Below, piece by piece: positions 19,781 through 31,080 of a stretch of DNA of 64,000 nt (the first letter of the stretch is position 1; each line of letters starts with the position of its first letter). Under the pieces are notes generated by a model. It was not told where the DNA came from, ran no database searches, and was given only the letters and a program-made list of their open reading frames with translations. Source of the stretch: Alphaproteobacteria bacterium (GTDB lineage: Bacteria; Pseudomonadota; Alphaproteobacteria; UBA2966); assembly GCA_964291395.2 (NCBI GenBank), contig OZ219858.1, forward strand, positions 704,001 through 768,000, given 5' to 3'. The translations under genes were made by a program, and so were the position numbers.

Positions 19781-20098
19781 ATGGACGAAAAGACACTGGA
19801 CGAAAAGACCCGTACGGAGCTTGAAGCGGCGGCATTCCGCACGCTCGTCGATCATCTGCGCGAGAGGACGGATGTTCAGAACATCGATCTCATGAATCTC
19901 GCCGGATTCTGCCGAAATTGTCTGTCGAAATGGTATCGCGCAGAGGCAGAGGACCAAGGTCTCGAGATGAGCTACGACGACGCTCGGGAAATCATCTATG
20001 GCATGCCGTACTCGGAATGGAAGTCCAAGTACCAAGCCGAGGCCACACGGCAACAGCTCGCAGCGTTCGAAGAGGCGTCGAAAGAGCCGCACTCATAG
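19781..20098 (+). CDS. DUF1244 family protein
   Basis: EAAAFR...RTDVQNIDLMNLAGFCRNCLSKWY...YGMPY. Confidence 0.88.
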   Translation: MDEKTLDEKTRTELEAAAFRTLVDHLRERTDVQNIDLMNLAGFCRNCLSKWYRAEAEDQGLEMSYDDAREIIYGMPYSEWKSKYQAEATRQQLAAFEEASKEPHS

Positions 20099-20285
20099 GT
20101 GGACTCGTATCGGGCAGCGCCTGCCGGGCTGTCCCCTGCCGCGTTCGGGTTTCGCGGCTTCCGGCGCTGCGAGGGAATTTCACCGACGCTCCGGTTGCAA
20201 TCGTATGGCATCGGTCGATTTGACTTGAGATCGGCATTTCCCATACTTGCCTTGGGCGGTCTTCGCGCATGCGGAAAGCAATGAG

Positions 20286-22433
20286 ATGAGCGACAGCACC
20301 GACGCCTCGATCGAAAACTGGCGCGCGCTGGCGGAAAGAGAACTCAAAGGACGCGTTCCCGACCAACTCGTGTGGACGACGCCCGAGGGCATCGATGTGA
20401 AGCCGCTCTATACCGCGGCCGATCTGGAACAAGTCGAGACCGGTGTGCTTCCGGGCTTCGCTCCGTTCACCCGTGGACCGCGCGCCACCATGTACGCGGG
20501 ACGGCCGTGGACGGTTCGGCAGTATGCCGGTTTCTCCACCGCCGAGGAGTCGAACGCGTTCTATCGCCGCAATCTGGCTGCCGGACAGAAAGGGCTGTCC
20601 GTCGCGTTCGATCTCGCCACGCACCGCGGCTACGATTCCGATCACCCGCGCGTGGTGGGCGACGTGGGCAAGGCCGGCGTCGCCATCGACTCCGTCGAGG
20701 ACATGAAACGCCTGTTCCAAGACATCCCGCTTGGCGAGATGAGCGTCTCCATGACCATGAACGGCGCCGTACTGCCGGTATTGGCGGGATACATCGTGGC
20801 CGCGGAGGAACAGGGTGTCGGCCAAGCCGAACTTACGGGGACCATCCAGAACGACATCCTCAAGGAGTTCATGGTCCGCAATACCTACATCTACCCGCCG
20901 GAACCCTCCATGCGGATCGTTGCGGACATCATCGCGCACACCGCCGCCAACATGCCGCGGTTCAACTCCATTTCCATCTCCGGCTATCACATGCAGGAAG
21001 CCGGCGCGACATCCGTGCAAGAGCTGGCGTTCACGCTGGCGGACGGCGTCGAGTACGTGCGCGCGGCCCTGTCCAACGGTCTGGACATCGATGAGTTTGC
21101 CCCGCGCCTGTCGTTTTTCTTCTGCATCGGCATGAATTTCTTCATGGAGATCGCCAAGCTTCGGGCTGCCAGGAAGCTCTGGGCTGAACTCATTGCGCCG
21201 TTCAACCCCCGAGACCCGCGCTCGTTGATGCTGCGGACCCACTGCCAGACCAGCGGGGTCTCGCTCACGGAGCAGGACCCTTACAACAACATCGTCCGCA
21301 CGGCCTATGAAGCCCTTGCGGCCGCGATGGGCGGGACGCAGAGCTTGCACACCAATGCCTTCGATGAGGCTCTGGCCCTGCCCACGGAGGCATCGGCGCG
21401 CGTCGCCCGGAACACGCAGCTGATCCTGCAGGAAGAGACGGGCATCACGAGAGTCGTCGATCCTCTGGGCGGCAGCTACTACGTCGAGTCATTGACTCAT
21501 TCGATGGTCGTGGAGGCGAAGAAGATTATCGACGAGGTCGAAGCTCTGGGCGGCATGACCAAGGCCGTCTCCGAGGGAATGCCCAAGATGCGCATCGAGG
21601 AAAGCGCGGCACGGAAACAGGTGCGTATCGACCGTGGCGAAGAGGTAATCATCGGCGTTAACAAGTACCTTTCCGAGGAAAGCTCGGCCGATGTCGAGCT
21701 TTTGGAGATCGACAATGCCGAGGTTCGGCGACAACAGATCGAGCGTTTACGGCAGGTGCGCCACTCGCGCGACAATGCCGCGACCGAGGCCGCACTCCGG
21801 GCTTTGGAGAATGGCGCGCGGCAGAACGGTAATCTTCTGGCACTTTCCATCGAAGCGGTTCGAGCCCGTGCCACTGTCGGCGAGGTGTCGGACGCGCTCG
21901 AACGCGTCTTCGGGCGCCATCGGGCAGAGTCCCGGAGCGTGACCGGCGTGTACGGCGGCGCTTATGCGGAGGATGACGGCTTCGTCCGCATTCAGCGTGA
22001 AACGGAGGCTTTTGCGAGAGACGAGGGCCGGCGTCCGAGAATCCTGGTCGCCAAGCTCGGACAGGACGGGCACGACCGGGGCGCGAAGGTGATTGCGTCC
22101 GCGTTCGCGGACATCGGGTTCGACGTCGACATCGGGCCCCTGTTTCAAACACCGGAAGAGGCCGCCAGGCAAGCCATCGAGAACGACGTGCACGTCATCG
22201 GTGTTTCCTCGCAGGCGGCCGCGCACAAGACGCTGGTGCCGCAACTCATCGATGAGTTGAGCGCGCAAGGAGCCAGGGACGTCGTCGTGGTGGTCGGTGG
22301 CGTCGTGCCCCCGAAGGACTACGACGAGTTGAAGTCCGTCGGCGTCTCCGCCGTCTATGGACCGGGCACCAATATCACCGAGGCGGCTTCGGAGGTCATC
22401 GGACTCATTCAACGCCGCGCCCAGGCAGCGTAG
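20286..22433 (+). CDS. scpA: Methylmalonyl-CoA mutase (B12-dependent)
   Basis: [44 protein letters not shown]12-binding motif. Confidence 0.96.
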   Translation: MSDSTDASIENWRALAERELKGRVPDQLVWTTPEGIDVKPLYTAADLEQVETGVLPGFAPFTRGPRATMYAGRPWTVRQYAGFSTAEESNAFYRRNLAAGQKGLSVAFDLATHRGYDSDHPRVVGDVGKAGVAIDSVEDMKRLFQDIPLGEMSVSMTMNGAVLPVLAGYIVAAEEQGVGQAELTGTIQNDILKEFMVRNTYIYPPEPSMRIVADIIAHTAANMPRFNSISISGYHMQEAGATSVQELAFTLADGVEYVRAALSNGLDIDEFAPRLSFFFCIGMNFFMEIAKLRAARKLWAELIAPFNPRDPRSLMLRTHCQTSGVSLTEQDPYNNIVRTAYEALAAAMGGTQSLHTNAFDEALALPTEASARVARNTQLILQEETGITRVVDPLGGSYYVESLTHSMVVEAKKIIDEVEALGGMTKAVSEGMPKMRIEESAARKQVRIDRGEEVIIGVNKYLSEESSADVELLEIDNAEVRRQQIERLRQVRHSRDNAATEAALRALENGARQNGNLLALSIEAVRARATVGEVSDALERVFGRHRAESRSVTGVYGGAYAEDDGFVRIQRETEAFARDEGRRPRILVAKLGQDGHDRGAKVIASAFADIGFDVDIGPLFQTPEEAARQAIENDVHVIGVSSQAAAHKTLVPQLIDELSAQGARDVVVVVGGVVPPKDYDELKSVGVSAVYGPGTNITEAASEVIGLIQRRAQAA

Positions 22434-22575
22434 CCCCTCCGCCCTCGAACCGCCTCGGGCCCGAGTCATCCGCGGGAGGGCGCCTGGTTTTCGACAGCCG
22501 GGAGCGTGCCGTCGTGGCTCGACAGGCGATCGGATCGGTTCGATCGCATGCCCGACTGACCGGGCCGATGGTCGG

Positions 22576-23208
22576 TTATTTCGTTCCGTAAAGCCGGTCC
22601 CCGGCATCCCCAAGGCCGGGAATAATGTAACCGTGGTCGTCCAGGTGGTCGTCGATTGCGGCCGTGAAGATCGGTACGCCGGGATGGGCCTCCTGGAATG
22701 CCATTACGCCCTCGGGCGCAGCAAGCAGGCACAGGAACTTGATGCTTTTTGCGCCCGCCTCCTTGAGGCGCGCCACCGCGGCAATCGCGGAATTCCCCGT
22801 CGCGAGCATGGGATCAGCGACGACGACCATGCGATCCCCGAGATAGCCCGGCACCTTGAAATAGTATTCGACCGCCTCCAGGGTTTCCGGATCACGATAG
22901 AGGCCTATGTGTCCGACGCGAGCCGCAGGCACGAGGTCCAGCAAACCATCGAGGAGCCCGGTTCCGGCTCGGAGGATGGAAACCAGAACCAGTTTCTTGC
23001 CTTCCAGTTTCGGCGACTCCATCGGCGCCAGAGGCGTCTCGATCATCTGCATGGTGAGCGGAAGATCGTGAAGGACTTCATACCCCAGAAGCAACGCGAT
23101 CTCGCGGAGCAGTTGGCGGAATTCCGCAGTTCCCGTGTCGCCAGCCCGCATCAGCGTTAGTTTGTGCCTGACCAGTGGATGATCGACGACAGTGACGTCC
23201 CGGGACAT
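22576..23208 (-). CDS. upp: Uracil phosphoribosyltransferase (URC6-like)
   Basis: [33 protein letters not shown]. Confidence 0.95.
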   Translation of the reverse strand: MSRDVTVVDHPLVRHKLTLMRAGDTGTAEFRQLLREIALLLGYEVLHDLPLTMQMIETPLAPMESPKLEGKKLVLVSILRAGTGLLDGLLDLVPAARVGHIGLYRDPETLEAVEYYFKVPGYLGDRMVVVADPMLATGNSAIAAVARLKEAGAKSIKFLCLLAAPEGVMAFQEAHPGVPIFTAAIDDHLDDHGYIIPGLGDAGDRLYGTK

Positions 23209-23237
23209 GTTTCGTTTCCTTCCGGTTTCGAAATTTT

Positions 23238-24488
23238 CTAGAACACGGTACCATCTCTCAAGACCTGGATCGGTGGTGCGCCGCCCTCGCGCCGCCCTTC
23301 CGCGATGCGGCGCCCAGCCTGCCACGTACCCCCCTCCAGGACCTTGACGAGCGGAAATGCCTCCGCATCGACCCCCAGATTGCGCCGAAGCGGGTCGGCG
23401 ATTCGGTCGAGCAGAGCGACGGTCAGCGCCCGCCATTCGACCACGATCTCCGAGTCGACCGCATGCGCTTCGGCGGTCACTGCCTTGTGCTTCGGTTGCA
23501 GCACGTTCAGATCGACGAAGAGGCCGCCATTACGGTATTCCGCCAGGCCGGTCAGGTCGTCGAGGCCGATGACGGTTACACCTGCCTCCTCCAGCGGCTC
23601 GATGAGGGAGTAAGTCAGCCATTGCGATAGCTTGTGGAAAGGAACGAAGCCGTTGCTTGGGTCGTCGGCATGGACTGCCGAGTGCCGCCATGTGTCCCCG
23701 AGATTAACGCCCCCCAACTCGAGGCGACCGGGCCATAGTTGTCCCAGCCCCTCGAGGACTACGTTCAGAATCTCGCTGGCGCGGATCGATCCGTCCTCGG
23801 CGCACGCGACGAGCCGATCGAACAGGCTCCCAAGACGTGCCTCCCTTCCCTCATCACCGCCAAAGAAGTCGGAGCGCTCGCGAATTACGTGAGCCAGTCG
23901 ATGCAGAAGGTGGGTGCGGCTCTTGAGTCCAACCAAAGGATTCTCGGCGGTTACTTGAAATGCCGTCGCGAGATCCTGCTCCGTGAGCGCTGCCAGCGCG
24001 TCGGGGTTGACGCGAAACGGGGCATCGGCGTCCGAGGACAACAGACCGGACGTGAAGAGGTCGATGCTCGCGACTGCAAGCCCCTCGGATCGGGAATATA
24101 CTTCTCCCGAGTCGGGTTCAACGTAGCGCCACTCGGTCCCCGCTCCGGCATCGAGCAAGGTGCTTATGACCGCGAGATCAAGCCGGGTCCGACCGACCTC
24201 AAACGTCGTGGCGCTATCCAGGCGGTCATGAATTCCTTGCCACCTGTCGCGGCCGCTCACCGAGAAATGTCGCCAACGGCTGTGTAACGGCACGACGAGC
24301 CCCGGATATCTCTCCCGGACCACATCGGCGACATATGCGGCCGCGTCGTCGATTCGGTCAAAGTCCAGCGCAAAATGAGTTAGCCTGTTCCCTTCTGCGG
24401 CCGCAAGCACCTGAGCGGCGCGTTGCCGAACCGCCGGAGCGGTCATCAAGCGTGCCGCTGCGGCGCGGTCGTCTTCAGCGTCCGTCAA
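23238..24488 (-). CDS. DUF1688 / URC4-like uracil catabolism protein
   Basis: [52 protein letters not shown]. Confidence 0.88.
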   Translation of the reverse strand: MTDAEDDRAAAARLMTAPAVRQRAAQVLAAAEGNRLTHFALDFDRIDDAAAYVADVVRERYPGLVVPLHSRWRHFSVSGRDRWQGIHDRLDSATTFEVGRTRLDLAVISTLLDAGAGTEWRYVEPDSGEVYSRSEGLAVASIDLFTSGLLSSDADAPFRVNPDALAALTEQDLATAFQVTAENPLVGLKSRTHLLHRLAHVIRERSDFFGGDEGREARLGSLFDRLVACAEDGSIRASEILNVVLEGLGQLWPGRLELGGVNLGDTWRHSAVHADDPSNGFVPFHKLSQWLTYSLIEPLEEAGVTVIGLDDLTGLAEYRNGGLFVDLNVLQPKHKAVTAEAHAVDSEIVVEWRALTVALLDRIADPLRRNLGVDAEAFPLVKVLEGGTWQAGRRIAEGRREGGAPPIQVLRDGTVF

Positions 24489-24502
24489 CGGGCCGGCCCA
24501 GC

Positions 24503-25756
24503 CTAATCGTGCAGATCACGGCCTTTCGCTTCGGCCAGTTCTTCGTCCGTCGGCGGACCATCGTGGCTGAAATACCCGGCAGCCTTCTTCGCTTCGATTT
24601 CAACTTGGGCATCCATGGGCACGAGTTCGTCTGGAATGGGAATGCGTTCGACGATATCGATCCCTTGCCGAGTGATCGCGCCATGTTTGGCGTCGCTCAT
24701 GGACACGAACCGGTCGATCCGAGTGACACCAAGCCAATGCAGGACGTCGGGCATCAACTCTTGGAAACGCAAGTCCTGGACTCCGGCGACGCATTCGGTA
24801 CGCTCGAAATAAGTCTCGGCCCGGTCGCCACCTTTCTGCCGCTTGCGAGCGTTGTAGACGAGAAATTTCGTAACCTCGCCGAGCGCGCGCCCCTCCTTGC
24901 GGTTGTAAATGATGAGCCCGGCACCACCTTCCTGCGCCGTCTCGATGCAGACCTCGACGCCATGGGCAAGATAGGGCCGACAGGTGCAGATATCGGAGCC
25001 GAACACATCGGATCCGTTGCACTCGTCGTGCACGCGGCAGGCCAGCTTGCCGGCAGATGAAGTCAGCGCAGCCATGTCGCCGAAGCAGTACACCGTGATG
25101 CCGCCGATGGGTGGCAGAAACACCTTGAGGTCGCGACGGGTAATGAGCTCCGGGAACATGCCGCCGGAGTGCTCGAACAGACTCCGCCGAAGATCACTTT
25201 CAACCACGCCAAAGCGCTCGGCGATGCCGGGTAGGTACCAGACGGGCTCAATCGCCGCCTTCGTCACGCGCGCGCTTCCCATGTCGATCAGGATGTCGCC
25301 GTCGGCTTTCAACCGACCTTCGCGCATTGCCTCCTTGATCTCCGGCATGTTGACGCGAGCTCGGGTCACAGCAATGGTGGGGCGAATGTCCCACCCTTCT
25401 TCCAATTGATCGGCGAAGGCTTCACTCACAACGTGTCCATAAGGGTCGAGGGAGACGATTTTCTCCGGCCGCCGCCATTGTGGATGCGGTCCGATTGGTT
25501 CTGCCGGGGCGGTGTCGGTCAGATCGGGGACGTGCACGGGATTAAGCGTCCCGGCGGCGACGGCCACGGCTCGGTAAAGGCCGTAAGCTCCAGAATGGGT
25601 TCCGATTACATTGCGCCGGGCGGGGCCGGCTAGCGAGGATACGATGGGGCCTCGCTCCCCAGGCGAGGTCGCCCCCCAATTGACGGGTGGCGGTTTGTCG
25701 CCAGTACCGCCCGGGTGGGAGGCGAGGACGATGTGCTTCTTCGTTGCGGATGTCAT
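24503..25756 (-). CDS. URC1-like GTP cyclohydrolase II family protein
   Basis: Long N-terminal domain (RNVIGTHSGAY) plus RVHDECNGSDVFGSDICTCRP and KEGRALG; start may be 25765. Confidence 0.9.
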   Translation of the reverse strand: MTSATKKHIVLASHPGGTGDKPPPVNWGATSPGERGPIVSSLAGPARRNVIGTHSGAYGLYRAVAVAAGTLNPVHVPDLTDTAPAEPIGPHPQWRRPEKIVSLDPYGHVVSEAFADQLEEGWDIRPTIAVTRARVNMPEIKEAMREGRLKADGDILIDMGSARVTKAAIEPVWYLPGIAERFGVVESDLRRSLFEHSGGMFPELITRRDLKVFLPPIGGITVYCFGDMAALTSSAGKLACRVHDECNGSDVFGSDICTCRPYLAHGVEVCIETAQEGGAGLIIYNRKEGRALGEVTKFLVYNARKRQKGGDRAETYFERTECVAGVQDLRFQELMPDVLHWLGVTRIDRFVSMSDAKHGAITRQGIDIVERIPIPDELVPMDAQVEIEAKKAAGYFSHDGPPTDEELAEAKGRDLHD

Positions 25757-26186
25757 CGCATTCATGACAGACCTCAATGGCCGACGGTCGATAGCGGTCG
25801 CGCGCGATACCCTCGTCATTCCCGGCACGAATTCGGTGCGGGAGGCAGAACTCTAGGTGAACGGTGCCAAAACCGCTAACTGAAAAGTTCAAGACCCAGA
25901 GCTACTTAGCACCAAAATATAAAGAATCGACGATTCATCCGGCAAATTCCTCGACCGCTACTCGATGCCCCGCACCTCCGACCGGTGGATTGAGCAAATG
26001 AATCTCAGTCCAACGGAAAACGTCGTCCTGTCTTGAAACAGCGGACTGTCCTCGACGGACCGGTACGGGAACTCTCGCCGTGCCTGCCTACCCGCCGACG
26101 CACGATCGCTTGTCATGAATCATCGGTAGGGGCATGCTATTCCCTGCGATTGTGGGGTTTTCTACGCCCACGGGGCTGAGGCTTCG

Positions 26187-29100
26187 ATGTTGGACAAGGC
26201 GCGCGACCGCAAGACGGAACGCATCAAGCAGATCGTCGAACACCTGCGGGCGCGCATGGACAAGAAGCGGGCTCCGTCCGTGGAGCGGTTCGTTCGTCTG
26301 TTTTATCAACGGGCGACGGCGGCCGACTTAGCAGAGAACTCGGCGGAGAATCTCTACGGCGCAGCCTTCAGCCTCTGGAAATTTGCGGAACAAAGGGACC
26401 CCGGCGTTCCGAAGGTTCGTGTCCTCAACCCGCGCGTCGACGAGCAGGGGTGGAAGTCCGCGCATACGGTTATCGAAATCGTCAACGACGACATGCCGTT
26501 CCTGGTCGATTCGATCACCGCCAATCTCAATCGTAAGGGCTACACCGTCCACTTGGTGATCCACCCCATCGTGCGGGTCAAGCGTGATGCCAAGGGTCAA
26601 TTGCTGGAAGTGGTCAGCGCGAAGTCGGGGTCCGAAGCGGCAAATGTCGTCGATGAATCCCATATGCACGTCGAGATCAGCGCGCAATCCTCACCGGAGG
26701 TGCTCGACGAAATCCAGGAGTCGATTCATAAGGTTCTCGTCGACGTTCAGCATGCGGTAGAGGATTGGCGTCCCATGCTGGCGAAGGTGGACGAAGCCAT
26801 CGCCGATCTGAGAGAAAACCCGCCACCAGTAACGGCGGAAGAGACCGAAGAGACAATCTCGTTTCTCGAGTGGTTGGCCGATAACCACTTCACCTTTCTC
26901 GGTTATCGTGAATACACCCACAGGTCGACAGCCAAACGCGCATCCCACAAGGCTGTCGCTGGTTCAGGACTCGGGGTGCTGCGCAATCCCGACTTTCACG
27001 TCTTGGCGGATACCAGGGGCGGTCTGACGGAGTTGTCACCCGAGGTTCAGTATTTTCTGGGCCTTTCCGAGCCCGTCATCGTCACCAAAGCCAATATCCG
27101 TTCCACGGTGCATCGTGCCGTCCACATGGACTACATCGGGATCAAGGCCTTCGACGAGAAGGGCAAGGTCATCGGGGAGCGTCGGTTCATAGGCCTTTTC
27201 ACCTCCGCGGCCTACAACCAGACCCCCGAACAGATCCCTTTCCTCCGGCGCAAGGTCCGACGGACGATCGAGATGTCAGGCCTCGCCGTCGCGAGCCACG
27301 ACGGGAAGGCCCTCGCCAACATCCTCGATACCTTTCCCCGCGACGAGCTGTTCCAGATTTCGGAAGAACAGCTTCATGACACGGCCATTGGAATTCTCGA
27401 AATCCACGAGCGTCCACGAATCAGCGCGTTCTACAGACGCGACCCGTTCCGTCGCTACGTTTCCTGTCTGGTGTACGTCCAGACCTATCGACACAGCACC
27501 GAACTCACCGAACTCATCGGAAAGGCCATCGCCCAGGCGTTCAACGGCTATGTATCGGTGTCCTTTATTCATGTCGGGGATTCACCTCTCGCGCGGATTC
27601 AGTACATCATCGCCACCAAGGAGAAGGAAAAACCGGAGCCGCCCCGCGAAGAACTCGAAGAGCTTCTTCGCGTCGTAGCCCGGACTTGGAGAGAGAATCT
27701 CCGCGATGAACTGCTCGAGCGGTTCGGCGAAGAACGCGGCATTCGACTCTGGCATAAGTATGGGACCGCGTTTCCCACCAGCTACGCAGAGGCGTTCTCC
27801 GCACAGGAAGCGACGTTCGACATCGACGAAATGGAGGGAGTCGTTTCTTCCGGCCGCATTGGCATGAACCTGTATCGGGCGATCGAAGCGCCGGAAAACG
27901 CCCTACGATTCAAGCTCTTCCATCAAGGCGGACCGCTACCGCTGTCGGACACGCTTCCCATGTTGGAGAACATGGGCTTCCGGGTCATCGAAGAACATCC
28001 CTTCGACGTTCGGCTTGAAAGTGACGGCACGTCGATCTGGATCCACGACTACGGTCTGGAGGTGCCGGCCGGCGTTCAATTCGATCTGCACGACATCAAG
28101 GAAAAGCTGCAGGAGGCGTTCGGGCGGGTTTGGTACGGCGAGCTCGAGAACGACGGGTTCAATCGCTTGGTTGTGCGGGCCGGTCTCGAATGGCGGGAAA
28201 TCGTCGTTCTGCGGGCATTCTGCAAGTACCTGAGGCAGACGGGAATCACATTCAGCCAAACGTACATGGAGAGCACGCTTGCCGCGAATGCCGGCATTGC
28301 CCGCGATATCGTCCGTTTGTTCAGGACCCGGTTTGATCCGCACGACCACAAGCGCGCGGCCCACGACGAGGTCTTGCTCGTTCTGAATATCGAGGTGGAA
28401 CTAGAGGCCGTCGTCAACTTGGACGAGGACCGGATTCTTCGGAGGTTCCTGAACCTGGTGCGCAGCATTTTGCGGACGAATTTCTTCCAGCCGGCCGACG
28501 ACGGCAGCCCCAAGCCGTACGTCTCTTTCAAGATCGACAGCCGGAATATTGATGAGCTGCCCCTTCCCCGCCCCTTCGTGGAAACGTACGTCTATTCGCC
28601 ACGCGCCGAGGCCATACACCTGCGTGGGGGGACGGTGGCGCGAGGTGGCTTGCGCTGGTCCGACAGACCGGAGGATTTCCGCACGGAGATCCTCGGCCTG
28701 TTGAAGGCGCAGATGGTGAAGAACGCAGTGATCGTGCCCGTGGGTGCCAAGGGCGGATTCGTGGCCAAGCGCCTGCCAACGGAAGGGGGGCGCGAGGCCG
28801 TCCAGGCTGAAGTCGTCGAGTGCTACAAAATCTTGATTCGTGGGCTCCTCGACCTGGCGGACAACAACGTTGACGGTAAGGTCGTTCCGCCGAAGGACGT
28901 CGTCCGGTTCGATGATGACGATCCCTATCTCGTCGTGGCCGCCGACAAGGGTACCGCGACTTTCTCGGATATCGCCAACGGGGTGGCGATCGACTACGGC
29001 TTCTGGCTGGGAGATGCGTTCGCCTCGGGCGGTTCTGAAGGATACGACCATAAGGGGATGGGCATCACGGCGCGCGGTGCGTGGGAATCGGTCAAACGTC

Positions 29101-31034
29101 ATTTCCGCGAAATCGGGCACGATACACAGACAGAGGACTTCACGGTCGTCGGCATCGGGGACATGTCCGGTGACGTATTCGGGAACGGGATGCTGCTTTC
29201 GCGGCACATCAAACTGATCGGCGCTTTCAACCACTTGCATATCTTCGTCGATCCGGATCCCGACCCCGCCAGGACTTGGACCGAGCGCAAACGGTTGTTC
29301 GAACTTCCACGCTCCGCGTGGACGGATTTCGACAAGAAGCTGATCTCGAAAGGGGGAGATGTTTTCGATCGTTCCGCCAAGTCCGTGAGGCTGACGCCCC
29401 AGATCAAGCGGGCGTTTGGAATCAAGGCGGAGTCGATGACGCCGAACGAATTGATCCACGCCATGCTGACGTCGGAGGTCGATCTTCTGTGGTTCGGGGG
29501 AATCGGGACGTACGTGAAATCTGAAGACGAGACAAACCTCGAGGTGGGCGATCGCGCCAACGATGCCTTGCGCATCAACGGCAAGGATTTGCGCGCCCGC
29601 GTCGTCGGAGAAGGTGCGAACCTGGGTGTGACGCAGCGTGGTCGTGTCGAGTACGCCTTCGCAGGCGGACGAATCAACACCGATGCCATCGACAACTCCG
29701 GGGGCGTCGATTGCTCGGATCACGAGGTCAACATCAAGGTTCTGTTGGACTCGGTCGTCTCCGCAGATGACATGACGCCAAAGCAAAGAGCGCAGCTTCT
29801 GGTGGACATGACTGACGAGGTCGCCGCGCTCGTATTGCGGAACAACTACCTTCAGACACAAGCCATATCGACCGTGCAGAGCCGCGGCACCGTGTTAATG
29901 GAGTCGGAGGTCCGCTTCATGCGTGCGCTGGAGCGCTCGGGTAAGCTGGACCGCGCAATCGAGTTTCTGCCTGACGAAGAGATGATTGCCGAGCGTGAGA
30001 CAAAAGGCCTTGGATTCTCGCGTCCCGAAATTTCCGTGCTTCTCGCGTACGGCAAGATGACGTTGTACGAGGAGCTGCTCGGGACCGACGTGCCCGAGGA
30101 TCCGTATTTCACCGCCGATTTGGTGGCATATTTCCCAAGCGCGCTCCACAAGAAGTTCGTCAAGTCGATCGGGGATCACAGTCTCCGACGGGAGATCGTG
30201 GCGACGCAGATCGCGAACTCGATTGTCAATCGAGCGGGGCTGACATTCGTCAACGACATCATCGAAGACACCCAAATTTCGATTGCCGATATCGCGCGAG
30301 CCTACGTTGCGACACGCGACGCGTTTGATCTCCGGACGCTGTGGGCGGACATCGCGAAACTCGACAACAAGCTCGACGCCGGCCTGCAAACGGAAATGAT
30401 GATCGCTGTCGAGGATCTCATCCGCCATGCGACGATATGGTTCCTCAAGAATGTGCCGCAGCCGATGAATATCTCGAACGTCGTGGAGACGTACGCGCCG
30501 GGCATTGCCGCGATGGCCAAAAGCTTGGACGGTCACCTCGCGGATCTCGAGGCGGCGGCGCTGCAGGAACGCGTATCCCGCTTCGTCGGGAAGGGTGTGC
30601 CGGTGAGCCTGGCGCGACGGGTCGCCGGCCTGGATACCATGCGATCGGTCTGTCATATCGTCCATACGGCAGCCAGCTCGGGGTGGCCGATCGACGAGAT
30701 CGGCCGAACTTACTTCGCGATCGGAGCCCGACTGGGTCTCGACTGGTTGCGTTTCGCCGCGGAGAAGATCGAATTGCAGAACCACTGGGAACGTCTTGCC
30801 GTTGGCGCCGTCATCGAGGACCTCTACGGCCAGCAGCGAACCCTGGTAAACCGGGTCGTGGATCGGGCGAATGGTGTCCTCGATGAGCAGGCCGTCACGG
30901 ACTGGGCGGATGCCAACAGCGCGGCCGTCACGAAAATGTCCGGCCTTATCAACGAGTTTCGTCTCGGTGGAAACGTCGGTCTCGCGCAACTGGCGATCGT
31001 CAACCGGCACATGGCGAGCATGCTGATCTCGTAG
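26187..31034 (+). CDS. Large NAD-specific glutamate dehydrogenase (GdhB/GdhZ type)
   Basis: 1615 aa; ARGGLRWSDR, KAQMVKNAVIVP, AADKGTATFSD, GIGDMSGDVFGNG, EGANLG. Confidence 0.95.
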   Translation: MLDKARDRKTERIKQIVEHLRARMDKKRAPSVERFVRLFYQRATAADLAENSAENLYGAAFSLWKFAEQRDPGVPKVRVLNPRVDEQGWKSAHTVIEIVNDDMPFLVDSITANLNRKGYTVHLVIHPIVRVKRDAKGQLLEVVSAKSGSEAANVVDESHMHVEISAQSSPEVLDEIQESIHKVLVDVQHAVEDWRPMLAKVDEAIADLRENPPPVTAEETEETISFLEWLADNHFTFLGYREYTHRSTAKRASHKAVAGSGLGVLRNPDFHVLADTRGGLTELSPEVQYFLGLSEPVIVTKANIRSTVHRAVHMDYIGIKAFDEKGKVIGERRFIGLFTSAAYNQTPEQIPFLRRKVRRTIEMSGLAVASHDGKALANILDTFPRDELFQISEEQLHDTAIGILEIHERPRISAFYRRDPFRRYVSCLVYVQTYRHSTELTELIGKAIAQAFNGYVSVSFIHVGDSPLARIQYIIATKEKEKPEPPREELEELLRVVARTWRENLRDELLERFGEERGIRLWHKYGTAFPTSYAEAFSAQEATFDIDEMEGVVSSGRIGMNLYRAIEAPENALRFKLFHQGGPLPLSDTLPMLENMGFRVIEEHPFDVRLESDGTSIWIHDYGLEVPAGVQFDLHDIKEKLQEAFGRVWYGELENDGFNRLVVRAGLEWREIVVLRAFCKYLRQTGITFSQTYMESTLAANAGIARDIVRLFRTRFDPHDHKRAAHDEVLLVLNIEVELEAVVNLDEDRILRRFLNLVRSILRTNFFQPADDGSPKPYVSFKIDSRNIDELPLPRPFVETYVYSPRAEAIHLRGGTVARGGLRWSDRPEDFRTEILGLLKAQMVKNAVIVPVGAKGGFVAKRLPTEGGREAVQAEVVECYKILIRGLLDLADNNVDGKVVPPKDVVRFDDDDPYLVVAADKGTATFSDIANGVAIDYGFWLGDAFASGGSEGYDHKGMGITARGAWESVKRHFREIGHDTQTEDFTVVGIGDMSGDVFGNGMLLSRHIKLIGAFNHLHIFVDPDPDPARTWTERKRLFELPRSAWTDFDKKLISKGGDVFDRSAKSVRLTPQIKRAFGIKAESMTPNELIHAMLTSEVDLLWFGGIGTYVKSEDETNLEVGDRANDALRINGKDLRARVVGEGANLGVTQRGRVEYAFAGGRINTDAIDNSGGVDCSDHEVNIKVLLDSVVSADDMTPKQRAQLLVDMTDEVAALVLRNNYLQTQAISTVQSRGTVLMESEVRFMRALERSGKLDRAIEFLPDEEMIAERETKGLGFSRPEISVLLAYGKMTLYEELLGTDVPEDPYFTADLVAYFPSALHKKFVKSIGDHSLRREIVATQIANSIVNRAGLTFVNDIIEDTQISIADIARAYVATRDAFDLRTLWADIAKLDNKLDAGLQTEMMIAVEDLIRHATIWFLKNVPQPMNISNVVETYAPGIAAMAKSLDGHLADLEAAALQERVSRFVGKGVPVSLARRVAGLDTMRSVCHIVHTAASSGWPIDEIGRTYFAIGARLGLDWLRFAAEKIELQNHWERLAVGAVIEDLYGQQRTLVNRVVDRANGVLDEQAVTDWADANSAAVTKMSGLINEFRLGGNVGLAQLAIVNRHMASMLIS

Positions 31035-31080
31035 AGCCTTGATTTCGCCTTCGCACGAACGTTTGTCTGGATAGGGAGAC

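Noticed and set aside
20099-20285. Cobalamin riboswitch before methylmalonyl-CoA mutase
   Set aside because: No B12-box or other conserved riboswitch elements recognised.
24503-25756. Riboflavin biosynthesis ribA
   Set aside because: The long N-terminal domain and linkage to DUF1688 and upp indicate the URC1 subfamily; no rib genes are adjacent.
25830-25930. Sigma-54 promoter for the URC operon
   Set aside because: TGGCAC is present on the minus strand but there is no correctly spaced TTGC -12 element.
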